DNA of 64,000 nt, from positions 101,879-165,878 of the forward strand of contig OZ246394.1 in NCBI GenBank assembly GCA_965230895.1. The letters run 5' to 3'. The notes under the pieces were generated by a model. That model did no database searches. It had not been told where the DNA came from and worked only from the letters and a program-made list of their open reading frames with translations. The stretch comes from an uncultured Gammaproteobacteria bacterium (lineage in GTDB: Bacteria > Patescibacteriota > Microgenomatia > Levybacterales > UBA12049). Position 1 is the stretch's first letter; the number at the start of each line of letters is the position of its first letter. Positions 28,616 to 37,005 of the stretch are shown here, in pieces. A program made the position numbers and the translations under genes.

Positions 28616-29320
28616 ATGGAAGAGATACATACAAAAATTATTGCTACTATCGGGCCATCAACGTTAGAATTCAATACATTCCAAAAACTTATTGATGCTG
28701 GAATTGACTATATTCGTATTAATACTGCCTATGGTGATGAGTATCAGTATCAAACAATTCTTGATAATTTAGCGAAGGCAAATAAGCATAAAACGGTGAA
28801 GCCAATATTTGATTTAAAAGGAGAACAGATTATTCCATTTGCTCTTAGGAATAATGTTTATATGTACGCACTTTCATTCGCTGAGAATAAAGAGCAAATT
28901 GCAAAATATCGTTCGTTACTTCCTGAATCATTTCTCATTTCAAAGATAGAATCAAAAAGTGGAGTGGAGAACTTTGATGAAATATTACATGCATCTGACG
29001 GGATTATGATTGCGCGAGGAGATCTCGGCGTTGCTGAAACATTGGAGAAAGTTCCACCAATGCAAAAGGATTTTACAAATAAAGCAAAAGTGAAAGATAA
29101 GTTTCTTATCACCGCAACAGAAATGCTTTTGAGTATGGTCGATAATCCAGAGCCGACAAGAGCAGAAGTCTCTGATGTTGCAAATGCAGTTTTTGATAAT
29201 TCATCGGCAGTTATGCTTTCTGAAGAAACTGCAATTGGAAAGTATCCGATTGAAACAGTTATTATGATGAGGAAAATTATTGTTGAAGCCGAGAAATGGC
29301 AATACAGCCATCAGTATTAA
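28616..29320 (+). CDS. minimal pyruvate-kinase-like protein (A-domain barrel only; no B-lid or C-terminal allosteric domain)
   Basis: PK motifs in order: KIIATIGP, IRINTAYG, DLKGEQI, ALSF, KIES, MIARGDLGV, LITATEMLLSM, PTRAEVSDVANAV, MLSEETAIGKYP. Only 234 aa versus ~470 for canonical PK. Confidence 0.55.
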   Translation: MEEIHTKIIATIGPSTLEFNTFQKLIDAGIDYIRINTAYGDEYQYQTILDNLAKANKHKTVKPIFDLKGEQIIPFALRNNVYMYALSFAENKEQIAKYRSLLPESFLISKIESKSGVENFDEILHASDGIMIARGDLGVAETLEKVPPMQKDFTNKAKVKDKFLITATEMLLSMVDNPEPTRAEVSDVANAVFDNSSAVMLSEETAIGKYPIETVIMMRKIIVEAEKWQYSHQY

Positions 29321-29322
29321 AT

Positions 29323-29844
29323 CTACTTAGCGTTTTTCGGAAGGCTCTCACAAGCATTACCATCTTTGTCTCCATCAAGTCGATTCAGATCTTTATTTAC
29401 TCCACCAACTTTTAAGAAGAATGTTTGCGCTTCACCATTTGTGGCAAAGTCTGAACAATTGTAATTGTCAGCGGCCTTTCCTTTATCGCCATCTGTTGTA
29501 ACATTTCCGTATTTATCAAAAAGAATATTTCCTTCTGTATCTCTTGTTACTTTTGATTGTTCAAATGATTTTGTCTGCCAGAGCTTTCCTAGATCCCAAT
29601 CGTTCTGACTAACTTCAAGTCCAAGTGCTGCAAGCAGTGCAATTGCTGTAATTGCAAGAAGAATACGGAGTTTCTCAAAAAAGTAGAAAAGAACTCCTAC
29701 AATAATTAAAAGAACCACGATAAATCCAATTCTGAATTTATGATTGTTACGCAACTTAGTAAAAGTCGAGGGACCTTTCTTCTCGGAAGTTTCTTTCTCT
29801 TTCTCTATAGTTCTTTCAGATTCATTCATGCCGTCATAATACAC
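29323..29844 (-). CDS. membrane-anchored Excalibur calcium-binding-domain protein
   Basis: TM segment (FRIGFIVVLLIIVGVLFYFF). C-terminal DGDKDGNACE matches the Excalibur DxDxDGxxCE loop. Further Cys residues present. Confidence 0.55.
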   Translation of the reverse strand: MYYDGMNESERTIEKEKETSEKKGPSTFTKLRNNHKFRIGFIVVLLIIVGVLFYFFEKLRILLAITAIALLAALGLEVSQNDWDLGKLWQTKSFEQSKVTRDTEGNILFDKYGNVTTDGDKGKAADNYNCSDFATNGEAQTFFLKVGGVNKDLNRLDGDKDGNACESLPKNAK

Positions 29845-29867
29845 CAGAGAATAGCTTTTAACAAGAG

Positions 29868-30389
29868 CTATTTACTGGTTCTTGTTCGAAGAAATAATGT
29901 CGCAATAGCGCTATAAATAAGACCAAAGATAATCGAAGCCACAACTTGCGCTACCATATCAACGGCAATAACCATTTCGTTTGTCTGGCTTTGCATACCA
30001 TAAGCCATTTTTGCATAATCCAGAAGTGAAGGATTTACATAAAGGTAAAAGAAAAGGAAAACAAATGGAGAAACTAATGCATGAACGAGTGAAATCTTAA
30101 AACCCTCGACAAGTCCGTCTTTAAACGAAAGTTTATTCTTTCTTATTTTCTTGTAAGCTTTTATACCGAGATAGAGCAATGCTAATGGCATTAAAGCCAT
30201 GACAGTCATTTCAATAGGAGATTTTTCTTCAAACGACTGATGTTGGAGATACATTATTAGTAAACAGGCAGCTGTTATTGCGGTAGTAGCCAAACCATAT
30301 TTCAAATGATTTTGGGTTAAATATGTCATCAACTTCAGAATAATAGAAGAGTATACATTTGTAAAGAGGATAAATTCCATAATTCTCAA
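29868..30389 (-). CDS. integral membrane protein (4-5 TM), unknown
   Basis: Hydrophobic helices throughout the 173 aa. Confidence 0.4.
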   Translation of the reverse strand: MRIMEFILFTNVYSSIILKLMTYLTQNHLKYGLATTAITAACLLIMYLQHQSFEEKSPIEMTVMALMPLALLYLGIKAYKKIRKNKLSFKDGLVEGFKISLVHALVSPFVFLFFYLYVNPSLLDYAKMAYGMQSQTNEMVIAVDMVAQVVASIIFGLIYSAIATLFLRTRTSK

Positions 30390-30476
30390 GAAATTGAGAA
30401 TAAGCTAAATACCTATCCGTATACTCAAAAGAAAAAATCTTACTTTTCTTTCATCAAACTCTGCTATATTTTAAGT

Positions 30477-30869
30477 ATGCATGAGATAAATTATTTAGCT
30501 GTGCTTGTATGTGCCGTAGCAGGATTTGTCTTCAGTACTGTTTGGTATTCCGTGTGGGGTAAGCAAATGGGGAAATTGCATAAAGCATATGCTGGGAAAC
30601 AACAACCAAAACCATGGCAAATCCTTATCGAGTTTGCTCGCAATATAATCCTTGCACTAGTTATCTCTTTATTATTCGATTATATCGGCGTTTTTGATTG
30701 GATTGCTGGTATAGAATTCGGATTGATCCTCTGGCTTGGTTTCCCTTTGGTTTTACTAGCAGGATCTGTCCTGTGGGAGAAAGTGCCCGTAAAGCTTGCG
30801 ATGTTTCATTTGGGTGATTGGTTTGTAAAACTACTTCTTTTCTCTGTAATTATTGCTACTTGGAAGTAG
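30477..30869 (+). CDS. DUF1761-family small membrane protein (copy 2)
   Basis: INYLAVLVCAVAGFVFSTVWYSVWGKQMG mirrors copy 1 at 10545..10967. 130 aa, 4 TM. Confidence 0.5.
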   Translation: MHEINYLAVLVCAVAGFVFSTVWYSVWGKQMGKLHKAYAGKQQPKPWQILIEFARNIILALVISLLFDYIGVFDWIAGIEFGLILWLGFPLVLLAGSVLWEKVPVKLAMFHLGDWFVKLLLFSVIIATWK

Positions 30870-30901
30870 TTAGCGGAGGATTTAACTGCGGGCAAAATTG
30901 C

Positions 30902-31493
30902 TTATTGCGGAGTAACTTCACTCGTTGAGAATGGATAAAGATCAACCATTGTTATATCAGAATCACTACCGCATGATGGGATTGAGAGTGTGTCACTAGT
31001 TGCTGGCTTGAAGGAAACTGTATCTTTCGGAGAAATTGCATAAGAAACCATAGCATCAACTTGCGTTGCTTCACTTGAACATTGTGGACCATTTGGATAA
31101 TGGATTAAAGAATAAATTGTCTGATTTGGCTTTAAAGTAAATACTGGAGTGGATGCTTGTCCTTTTGTATCGGTTTTAAAATTAGTTACTGAATCTGGAT
31201 ATCCAACTTCCAAAGTATTATTTCCGATTACTTTACACTCTGCATCTGAAGTATTCTGCAAAGTAATTGTCGCATACAAATTTCCTGCTGCAATTTCAGG
31301 ATCCATGCTTGCTGCTAATTGTGAAGGAATACAATAGCCATCTACTGGTACATTTACCTGTGTCGGCGAAACTTGTGCTTGCTGCGTTAGACTTGGTGTT
31401 GGAGAAGAATTTTGAGATTGAGAATTTTGATAAAGAAGATAACCGGCTCCAAGTAAGAGGATGAGAAGGATAACTATAATGATTTTTCTTCAT
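30902..31493 (-). pseudogene. secreted Cys-containing protein (DUF4232-like) with frameshift between signal peptide and mature domain
   Basis: The ATG at 31493 (minus strand) opens MKKNHYSY... in one frame. Removing one A from the A5 run (plus-strand T5 at 31483-31487) gives MKKIIIVILLILLLGAGYLLYQNSQ...DGYCIPSQLAASMDPEIAAG..., continuous with the 134-aa ORF 30902..31306. In that frame a TGA sits immediately upstream. Confidence 0.45.
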
Positions 31494-31605
31494 GCTGACT
31501 CTTTTAATACTATACATCGTAAAAAAGTTGAAAACAAGTTACACCTTAGTTCTTAAGAATTTGAGAATAGCTCTACTATCTCTGCTATAATTTCCTCTAA
31601 CGAAA

Positions 31606-32400
31606 ATGAATTCTGAACGTTTACGAAAACTTCCAAGAGAATATGTCCTGAGAAATGGTGATTCCATGCGCTATGATCCTGACAAGCATCTGCTTCCTGA
31701 TCGAGTATCTGAAATCCTTGGAGCGGTGGAACTACCAAGGATGATTTCTCAGTATCGATCGTCAGCTGGAGATCCTGAAAAACCTGTTCGGATACTTATC
31801 CCTGGGATTGGTCCAGGAACGCTTGCGAGTGGTTTGATTTCAGGTTTGGAACTCGATGATCCGAGTCGTACTTCTGCGAAAAATGTCAATATCGATGCTT
31901 TCGATATCAATCCTGATGCTGTGGTAACTGCACAGGCAAATATCGATGAACAATTGCAGAATAAATGGGGAGAGGATGGACCTGTGACGTTTCGTGTTTT
32001 CCAAGGGGATTGGAAAGGTGGAGCAGTTTGGGATACCCTTCGCGAGGAAGATTCATATACGCATGTTATTGTAAATCCGCCGTATGCATTCCGGGATGAT
32101 TTCCGTGAACAAGTGCTTTTGCCTGGATATGATACTGTGCCGGAAAATGCTTTATATGGGAGACGTAATGGGGGAGAACATTATTATGTTTTGGCGCAAG
32201 AGCTGCAAACGGTTTTGAGTGAGGAATCTGATGCTGGAGTCATCTTCCGTTTTTCTGATTCAAATTTCGCGACAAGTTCTGTGCCGAGGATTGTTGATAG
32301 ATACTTTGCGGATGAGGATTTCACCAAAGAATTCCACTCAGAACTCTTCGACACGGCATCAGAACGTTGGGGAGCTTTTGCTAGGATTAGGAGGAAGTAA
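31606..32400 (+). CDS. HemK/PrmC-family SAM-dependent (glutamine-N5) methyltransferase-like protein
   Basis: Motif order matches HemK: Gly-rich SAM loop ILIPGIGPGTLASGL; DAFDINPDAV (cf. avDiSpeAL); VIVNPPYAF (NPPY); ALYGRRNGGEHYY (cf. ALdGGeDGLdfY). Confidence 0.55.
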   Translation: MNSERLRKLPREYVLRNGDSMRYDPDKHLLPDRVSEILGAVELPRMISQYRSSAGDPEKPVRILIPGIGPGTLASGLISGLELDDPSRTSAKNVNIDAFDINPDAVVTAQANIDEQLQNKWGEDGPVTFRVFQGDWKGGAVWDTLREEDSYTHVIVNPPYAFRDDFREQVLLPGYDTVPENALYGRRNGGEHYYVLAQELQTVLSEESDAGVIFRFSDSNFATSSVPRIVDRYFADEDFTKEFHSELFDTASERWGAFARIRRK

Positions 32401-32479
32401 GAAATTTAAGAATTCTACTTGATAAGATTTCGTAAAAAGTATATATTACTCATCAACTGCCGAAGAGGCAGTTTTTTGT

Positions 32480-33796
32480 ATGGAAAAAAAATTGAAGTAT
32501 ATCATCGATTCTATACCAGATTTTGAAATTAGACTAAAAGCGGGTAAAAGAATATTAAAGAAACTTGAGAAATATACTGCAACTATTGAAAAAATTGAGA
32601 AAAAAGTGTTTACAGGTGGAGAAGGGCTTACTGCTCAGCTGGAAGAAGCAAAGAGAATCAATAAAGAAATTGCTGCATATTACACAGAAGCAAGCGAAAA
32701 CCTATCGACTCTAAAAGAAACAGTAAAGAGTATTGATTTGCTGAAAGAGGCTTTCGAAACTTCTTTGGAAACTACGAATACTTTGATAAGTAATGTAAAT
32801 GATCCTGAAACGGGAATTCAATCAAAGTTGAATGCTGCTAATGAAGATAAAAATGAGACTAGGAGTATCCTCTTGTCTGCTGAAAACACAAAAAAAGAAT
32901 TAGATACTAAAGTGGAATCTATTCAAGGACAGTTGCAAGAAATGGAACAACTTTATGATGATTTTATCGAAATAAAAACTAAAATTGATGACCCTACGAA
33001 CGGATTAATTAAGGTACTTTCTTCATCAACTGCAAAAAGAGATGAAATATTTGCAATAAAGAAAAAGGCAGATACTCTATTTGCTGATATTTTAAAAACT
33101 CGAGATGAATCTGTCGCGTTCACTACTGAAATTAAGAAGTACAAGGATGAGACAGAGCTTAATACTGAAATTATTCGAGCGTACGCGAAAGAGAGTGAAG
33201 AAAACAATAGTAAGATTGCACAAATATATGATATAGCAACAGGTAGGGGACTCGCGGGATCTTTTGATAAACGGAAAAAGGAGCTTTTACTGTCTGTTTG
33301 GATATGGGGCGCAGTTCTAGTTGTAAGCGTAGCTTCATATGTATTTGTTTTAATGTGGATTTATCACGAAACATTCCAGAAAGGGATCCCAAATATAGAT
33401 GTAGCAGCTTGGTATCGCCTAACCTTAACGTTACCTATTTTAGGTCTGATTGCATTTGCCGCATATCAGTATTCACGTGAGCGCAATTTTTTAGAAAAGT
33501 ATGCTTTTAAATCTGCAACTGCAGTTGCTCTAGAGTCATATACAAAACTTCTCACAGATAAGTTTTCAATGCATGAAACTAAGATTGTTAGATTTGTATT
33601 GAATGCAATGACAATGATATATAGAGAGCCTCACGACATTGAAAAGAAATATAAATTCAATTTTGGTATCAATAAAATCTTTAATCTTGGTGTAGAGGAA
33701 GATAAAATGGAGGAGATAACTGACTTTATTGAGAAATCAGTTGATGATGCAGTGGATATTAAAAATGAGAAGAATAAAGGAAAACCAACAAGATAA
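32480..33796 (+). CDS. coiled-coil protein with two central TM helices and a C-terminal domain, unknown function
   Basis: About 270 aa of K/E-rich heptad sequence, two TM helices (LLLSVWIWGAVLVVSVASYVFVLMWIY; LTLTLPILGLIAFAAYQY), then a ~110-aa C-terminal domain. Confidence 0.45.
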   Translation: MEKKLKYIIDSIPDFEIRLKAGKRILKKLEKYTATIEKIEKKVFTGGEGLTAQLEEAKRINKEIAAYYTEASENLSTLKETVKSIDLLKEAFETSLETTNTLISNVNDPETGIQSKLNAANEDKNETRSILLSAENTKKELDTKVESIQGQLQEMEQLYDDFIEIKTKIDDPTNGLIKVLSSSTAKRDEIFAIKKKADTLFADILKTRDESVAFTTEIKKYKDETELNTEIIRAYAKESEENNSKIAQIYDIATGRGLAGSFDKRKKELLLSVWIWGAVLVVSVASYVFVLMWIYHETFQKGIPNIDVAAWYRLTLTLPILGLIAFAAYQYSRERNFLEKYAFKSATAVALESYTKLLTDKFSMHETKIVRFVLNAMTMIYREPHDIEKKYKFNFGINKIFNLGVEEDKMEEITDFIEKSVDDAVDIKNEKNKGKPTR

Positions 33797-33833
33797 AGTT
33801 TTTTTTCCCTCAGCCACCTGATATAATGGCTTC

Positions 33834-34937
33834 ATGAATCTATCAGTTGGTATTGTTGGGCTTCCAAACGTTGGGAAATCTACTTTGTTTAATGCGCTTC
33901 TCAAGAAGCAGGCGGCTTTGGCGGCTAATTATCCTTTTGCGACCATCGAACCAAATGTTGGGGTTGTCCCGGTTCCTGATTCTCGATTAACCAAACTTGG
34001 TGAGGTTACAAAGGAAGAAGAAAAGATGGCAGAATTGCCTCCGTTGAAGCCGGCATTGATCGAATTTGTGGACATCGCGGGTTTGGTGAAGGGTGCTTCA
34101 GAAGGTGCTGGACTTGGAAATAAATTTCTTTCTCACATCCGTGAAGTAAAGATCATTTCTCATGTTGTCCGTGCATTTGAAGATCCTGATGTCATCAAAG
34201 AAGGTGCAGTCGATCCGCAGGCTGATTACGAAGTTATCCAAGCGGAATTAATCATCGCCGATCTCCAAACAGTTGAAAAGCAGCGAGATGCAAAGGCTGT
34301 GAAGACTGATGCCAAGAAGAAATCCGCGGTTGAGAAACTTCTGAAAGGATTAAATGAAGGCAAAGCTGCGCGAGACATCAGTTTGACGGATGATGAAGCG
34401 GCATTTGCACAGGAACTCTTTTTGCTTTCCAATAAGCCTGAAATTATTGTCCTCAATGTCTCTGAAGATCAATATAGTCCTGAAGGGATTGCTGAAGTTA
34501 CCAAGAAATTTGCAGAACTTTTAAATCAACCAGAAGATAAGTTGGTTGTGATTTGTGCAAAGATCGAATCAGAACTTGCAACACTTTCCGATGAAGAAGC
34601 GAAGGAATATTTGGGTGATTTGGGGCTCGAAGCTTCAGGCTTGGAGCGATTGATTCAAAAGGCATATGACAAATTAGGATTGATCTCATTCCTTACAGCA
34701 GGGGAGAAGGAAGTCAAAGCATGGACCATTAAAAAGGAAACCGATGCTCCAAATGCTGCCGGAGCAATCCATACTGATTTTACAAAGAAGTTTATTAAAG
34801 CGGAAGTGATTAGTTTTGATGACTATGTCACGACTGGTGGACGCAAAAAGGCGAGGGAAGTAGGCAAAGCTCGTCTTGAAGGAAGAGACTACATCGTACA
34901 AGATGGCGACATCATCGAATTTAAAATTGGTGCCTAA
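33834..34937 (+). CDS. ychF: ribosome-binding ATPase YchF (Obg-family GTPase-like)
   Basis: G1 GIVGLPNVGKSTLFNAL, G2/G3 regions, the characteristic coiled-coil insert and C-terminal TGS domain (DFTKKFIKAEVISFDDYV). 367 aa. Confidence 0.9.
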   Translation: MNLSVGIVGLPNVGKSTLFNALLKKQAALAANYPFATIEPNVGVVPVPDSRLTKLGEVTKEEEKMAELPPLKPALIEFVDIAGLVKGASEGAGLGNKFLSHIREVKIISHVVRAFEDPDVIKEGAVDPQADYEVIQAELIIADLQTVEKQRDAKAVKTDAKKKSAVEKLLKGLNEGKAARDISLTDDEAAFAQELFLLSNKPEIIVLNVSEDQYSPEGIAEVTKKFAELLNQPEDKLVVICAKIESELATLSDEEAKEYLGDLGLEASGLERLIQKAYDKLGLISFLTAGEKEVKAWTIKKETDAPNAAGAIHTDFTKKFIKAEVISFDDYVTTGGRKKAREVGKARLEGRDYIVQDGDIIEFKIGA

Positions 34938-34993
34938 TCCTCACGAAATTCTCACTTGATAGTCCCAAGTTCATACTGTATGCTTAGGCTGTT

Positions 34994-36637
34994 ATGCCTA
35001 TCGAACGATTTCGTCAAGGAGCAGAGCGAAGAAAACGCAAACATTTGATCGATTCTGCGCTTGCTCAAAAAGATGAACAATCTGGGTCCTCTTCAGTAGC
35101 GAGTGAACCTCAACAAGCTTCAGGAAAAGAAGCGCCATTCTTTTCTGGTAAACGTAAAGGAGTTATCTTAACGACAGCTCTGGGTGCAGCAGCAGTCTTT
35201 CTTGGTAACAAAGTATATCGAGATAAGGAAACAGGTGAATTCCAAAAAGAAGCGTTAGCAAAGTCAGTAAAGAAGGCTGCGACTATTGGTCCTGTTGAAG
35301 GATTGATCGGTGTTGCGGGTATTACAATCCGTGATCATCGAGAATTAACGCATCGCAGTGTTGAGCTTGCTCCGTGGTTGCAAAAGGTACTGGATTTTGA
35401 GCAACGTTCTTTGGGCGTCCGTGAACCATACACTTGGGCATCTGTGCATCGAATTCATCATGAAATGACAGATGCTTCCTTATATCCTTTCTACCTGGCG
35501 TACCATGCTGTCAAATCTGCTGAAGCAAATGGTGCTCCTGTAGCCCCTGAACATAAATTTAAAAATTTTGATCCATTTGTAGAGCATTTTGATTTGAAAA
35601 CAGTTATGGATATAGGAGAAAGTGCTGATGCTGTTGTCAAAAAACGTATGGGAGATCTCTACGAACCTCCAATATTTGATAATCCGGAACAAATTAAAGA
35701 CGTGATTGAAGCCGAAAAACCTTTGTATTGGTATCCTGATTACAGCAAGAAAAAAGGGAGAGACGAATATGAGCCAAATGATATTGCCAGAATTCTACTT
35801 ACTGACCCGCATTCTCCAGCATTAGTTCGTCGCGAAAATGGAGTGCAAGGTGTGGCAATGACAAATATAAGTCTCTATCAGACCGCTGCTGCAATGTTCC
35901 GACATTTTCCTGAGATAAAACCTGAAGATCTTCAACGACCAGAGGATTTCGATCCTACTTACCAAGAACGCCATAAAAATGATGCGAAGAAAACATTTTA
36001 TGCTGGTTTTGTAGGACAAGCTGCTGCAATGTATGTCGTAAATCGGGATTATACATGGAGAGGTGCAGGAAGAGCAGTTTTGGAAGGAGCAGCTATCAAT
36101 GGTCTCAGAGCAGCGACAGAATTAGTTGGAGGAAATGTCACAAATTCAGCTGGGCATATGGGAGATCCTGTCCAAACAGAACTTGCTCAAGCATTCTTAA
36201 ATAGGATTTATGATATAAAACTCAAGCCTGATGGATCAATATCTACAAATACAGTAGGTAAAGGAGTTGTCGGGAGAGTTGCAAGTTGGGCGACGCTTGA
36301 TGAAGTTGGTGGGCAAGAAGTCCATCATCGAGCGCCTTGGAAGGTACGATATACAGATGCAGAGGGAAGACAGGCCGTTGTCGAGGCTCCATGGGGAAGC
36401 TTCCTTGAGTATCTCGCCAAAAATGAACATGTCAGTGCAATTAACGAAGGTGCAGGATTTGCTGGTGAAGAAAATGATCGTCCTGATGTTGTACATCGTG
36501 CTGTACGAAAAATTCAAGATGCAAGAGCTGAGCAGTATCAAAGAGATTATCCTGATGGAGAACCTGAGGAAGAACCTCCACTTTCAGGTGGAATAAGTCG
36601 TCTTGGTAGAACTCTTTTTAGCCGATTCCGCAGATAA
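34994..36637 (+). CDS. Delta9-desaturase-family (acyl-CoA/acyl-lipid desaturase-like) di-iron His-box protein, atypical: reduced TM content and a large hydrophilic insertion
   Basis: Box 1 DHRELTHRS (cf. HRLWSHRS). Exactly 29 aa later, box 2 YTWASVHRIHHEM (cf. YEWARDHRAHHKF). Box 3 GGQEVHHRAPW (cf. GEGWHNYHHAFP). One clear TM (GVILTTALGAAAVFLG) before box 1. About 300 aa between boxes 2 and 3 versus ~130 in known enzymes. Confidence 0.55.
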   Translation: MPIERFRQGAERRKRKHLIDSALAQKDEQSGSSSVASEPQQASGKEAPFFSGKRKGVILTTALGAAAVFLGNKVYRDKETGEFQKEALAKSVKKAATIGPVEGLIGVAGITIRDHRELTHRSVELAPWLQKVLDFEQRSLGVREPYTWASVHRIHHEMTDASLYPFYLAYHAVKSAEANGAPVAPEHKFKNFDPFVEHFDLKTVMDIGESADAVVKKRMGDLYEPPIFDNPEQIKDVIEAEKPLYWYPDYSKKKGRDEYEPNDIARILLTDPHSPALVRRENGVQGVAMTNISLYQTAAAMFRHFPEIKPEDLQRPEDFDPTYQERHKNDAKKTFYAGFVGQAAAMYVVNRDYTWRGAGRAVLEGAAINGLRAATELVGGNVTNSAGHMGDPVQTELAQAFLNRIYDIKLKPDGSISTNTVGKGVVGRVASWATLDEVGGQEVHHRAPWKVRYTDAEGRQAVVEAPWGSFLEYLAKNEHVSAINEGAGFAGEENDRPDVVHRAVRKIQDARAEQYQRDYPDGEPEEEPPLSGGISRLGRTLFSRFRR

Positions 36638-36687
36638 AGTCTTTTCCCACTTGAGTTCAAACTTAAACCTGTGGTACAATAGCATCC

Positions 36688-37005
36688 ATGAGAACGTATG
36701 AATTAACACTTGTTTTGCGTCCAACGCTTAAAGAAGCAGATCGAAAGAAACTTCTTGAAACCATCAAAGATTGGTTGGGACATGTTAAAATTGCAAAGGA
36801 AAACGATTGGGGTCAAAAAGCTTTGGCATATCCAATCAAAAAAGAAGACGCTGGATATTACGTTATGTTGGAACTTGAAGTTGAAGATGCAAAGGTTTCA
36901 GCAAAAGATAAAGTAAGTAAACCAACAGGCGTTCCAGAGGATTTGGAACAAAGAATAATTCGAACAGACAATATTCTAAGACATTTGTTATTGAGAACTA
37001 AGTAA
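36688..37005 (+). CDS. rpsF: 30S ribosomal protein S6
   Basis: MRTYELTLVLRPTL... is the classic bS6 N-terminus. rpsF-ssb-rpsR operon. Confidence 0.9.
   Translation: MRTYELTLVLRPTLKEADRKKLLETIKDWLGHVKIAKENDWGQKALAYPIKKEDAGYYVMLELEVEDAKVSAKDKVSKPTGVPEDLEQRIIRTDNILRHLLLRTK

Noticed and set aside
31606-32400. NPPY methyltransferase as half of a restriction-modification system
   Set aside because: There is no target-recognition domain and no adjacent endonuclease or specificity gene. The motif order and the GGxxG/ALYGRRNGGEHYY region fit the HemK/PrmC protein methyltransferase class better than DNA MTases.
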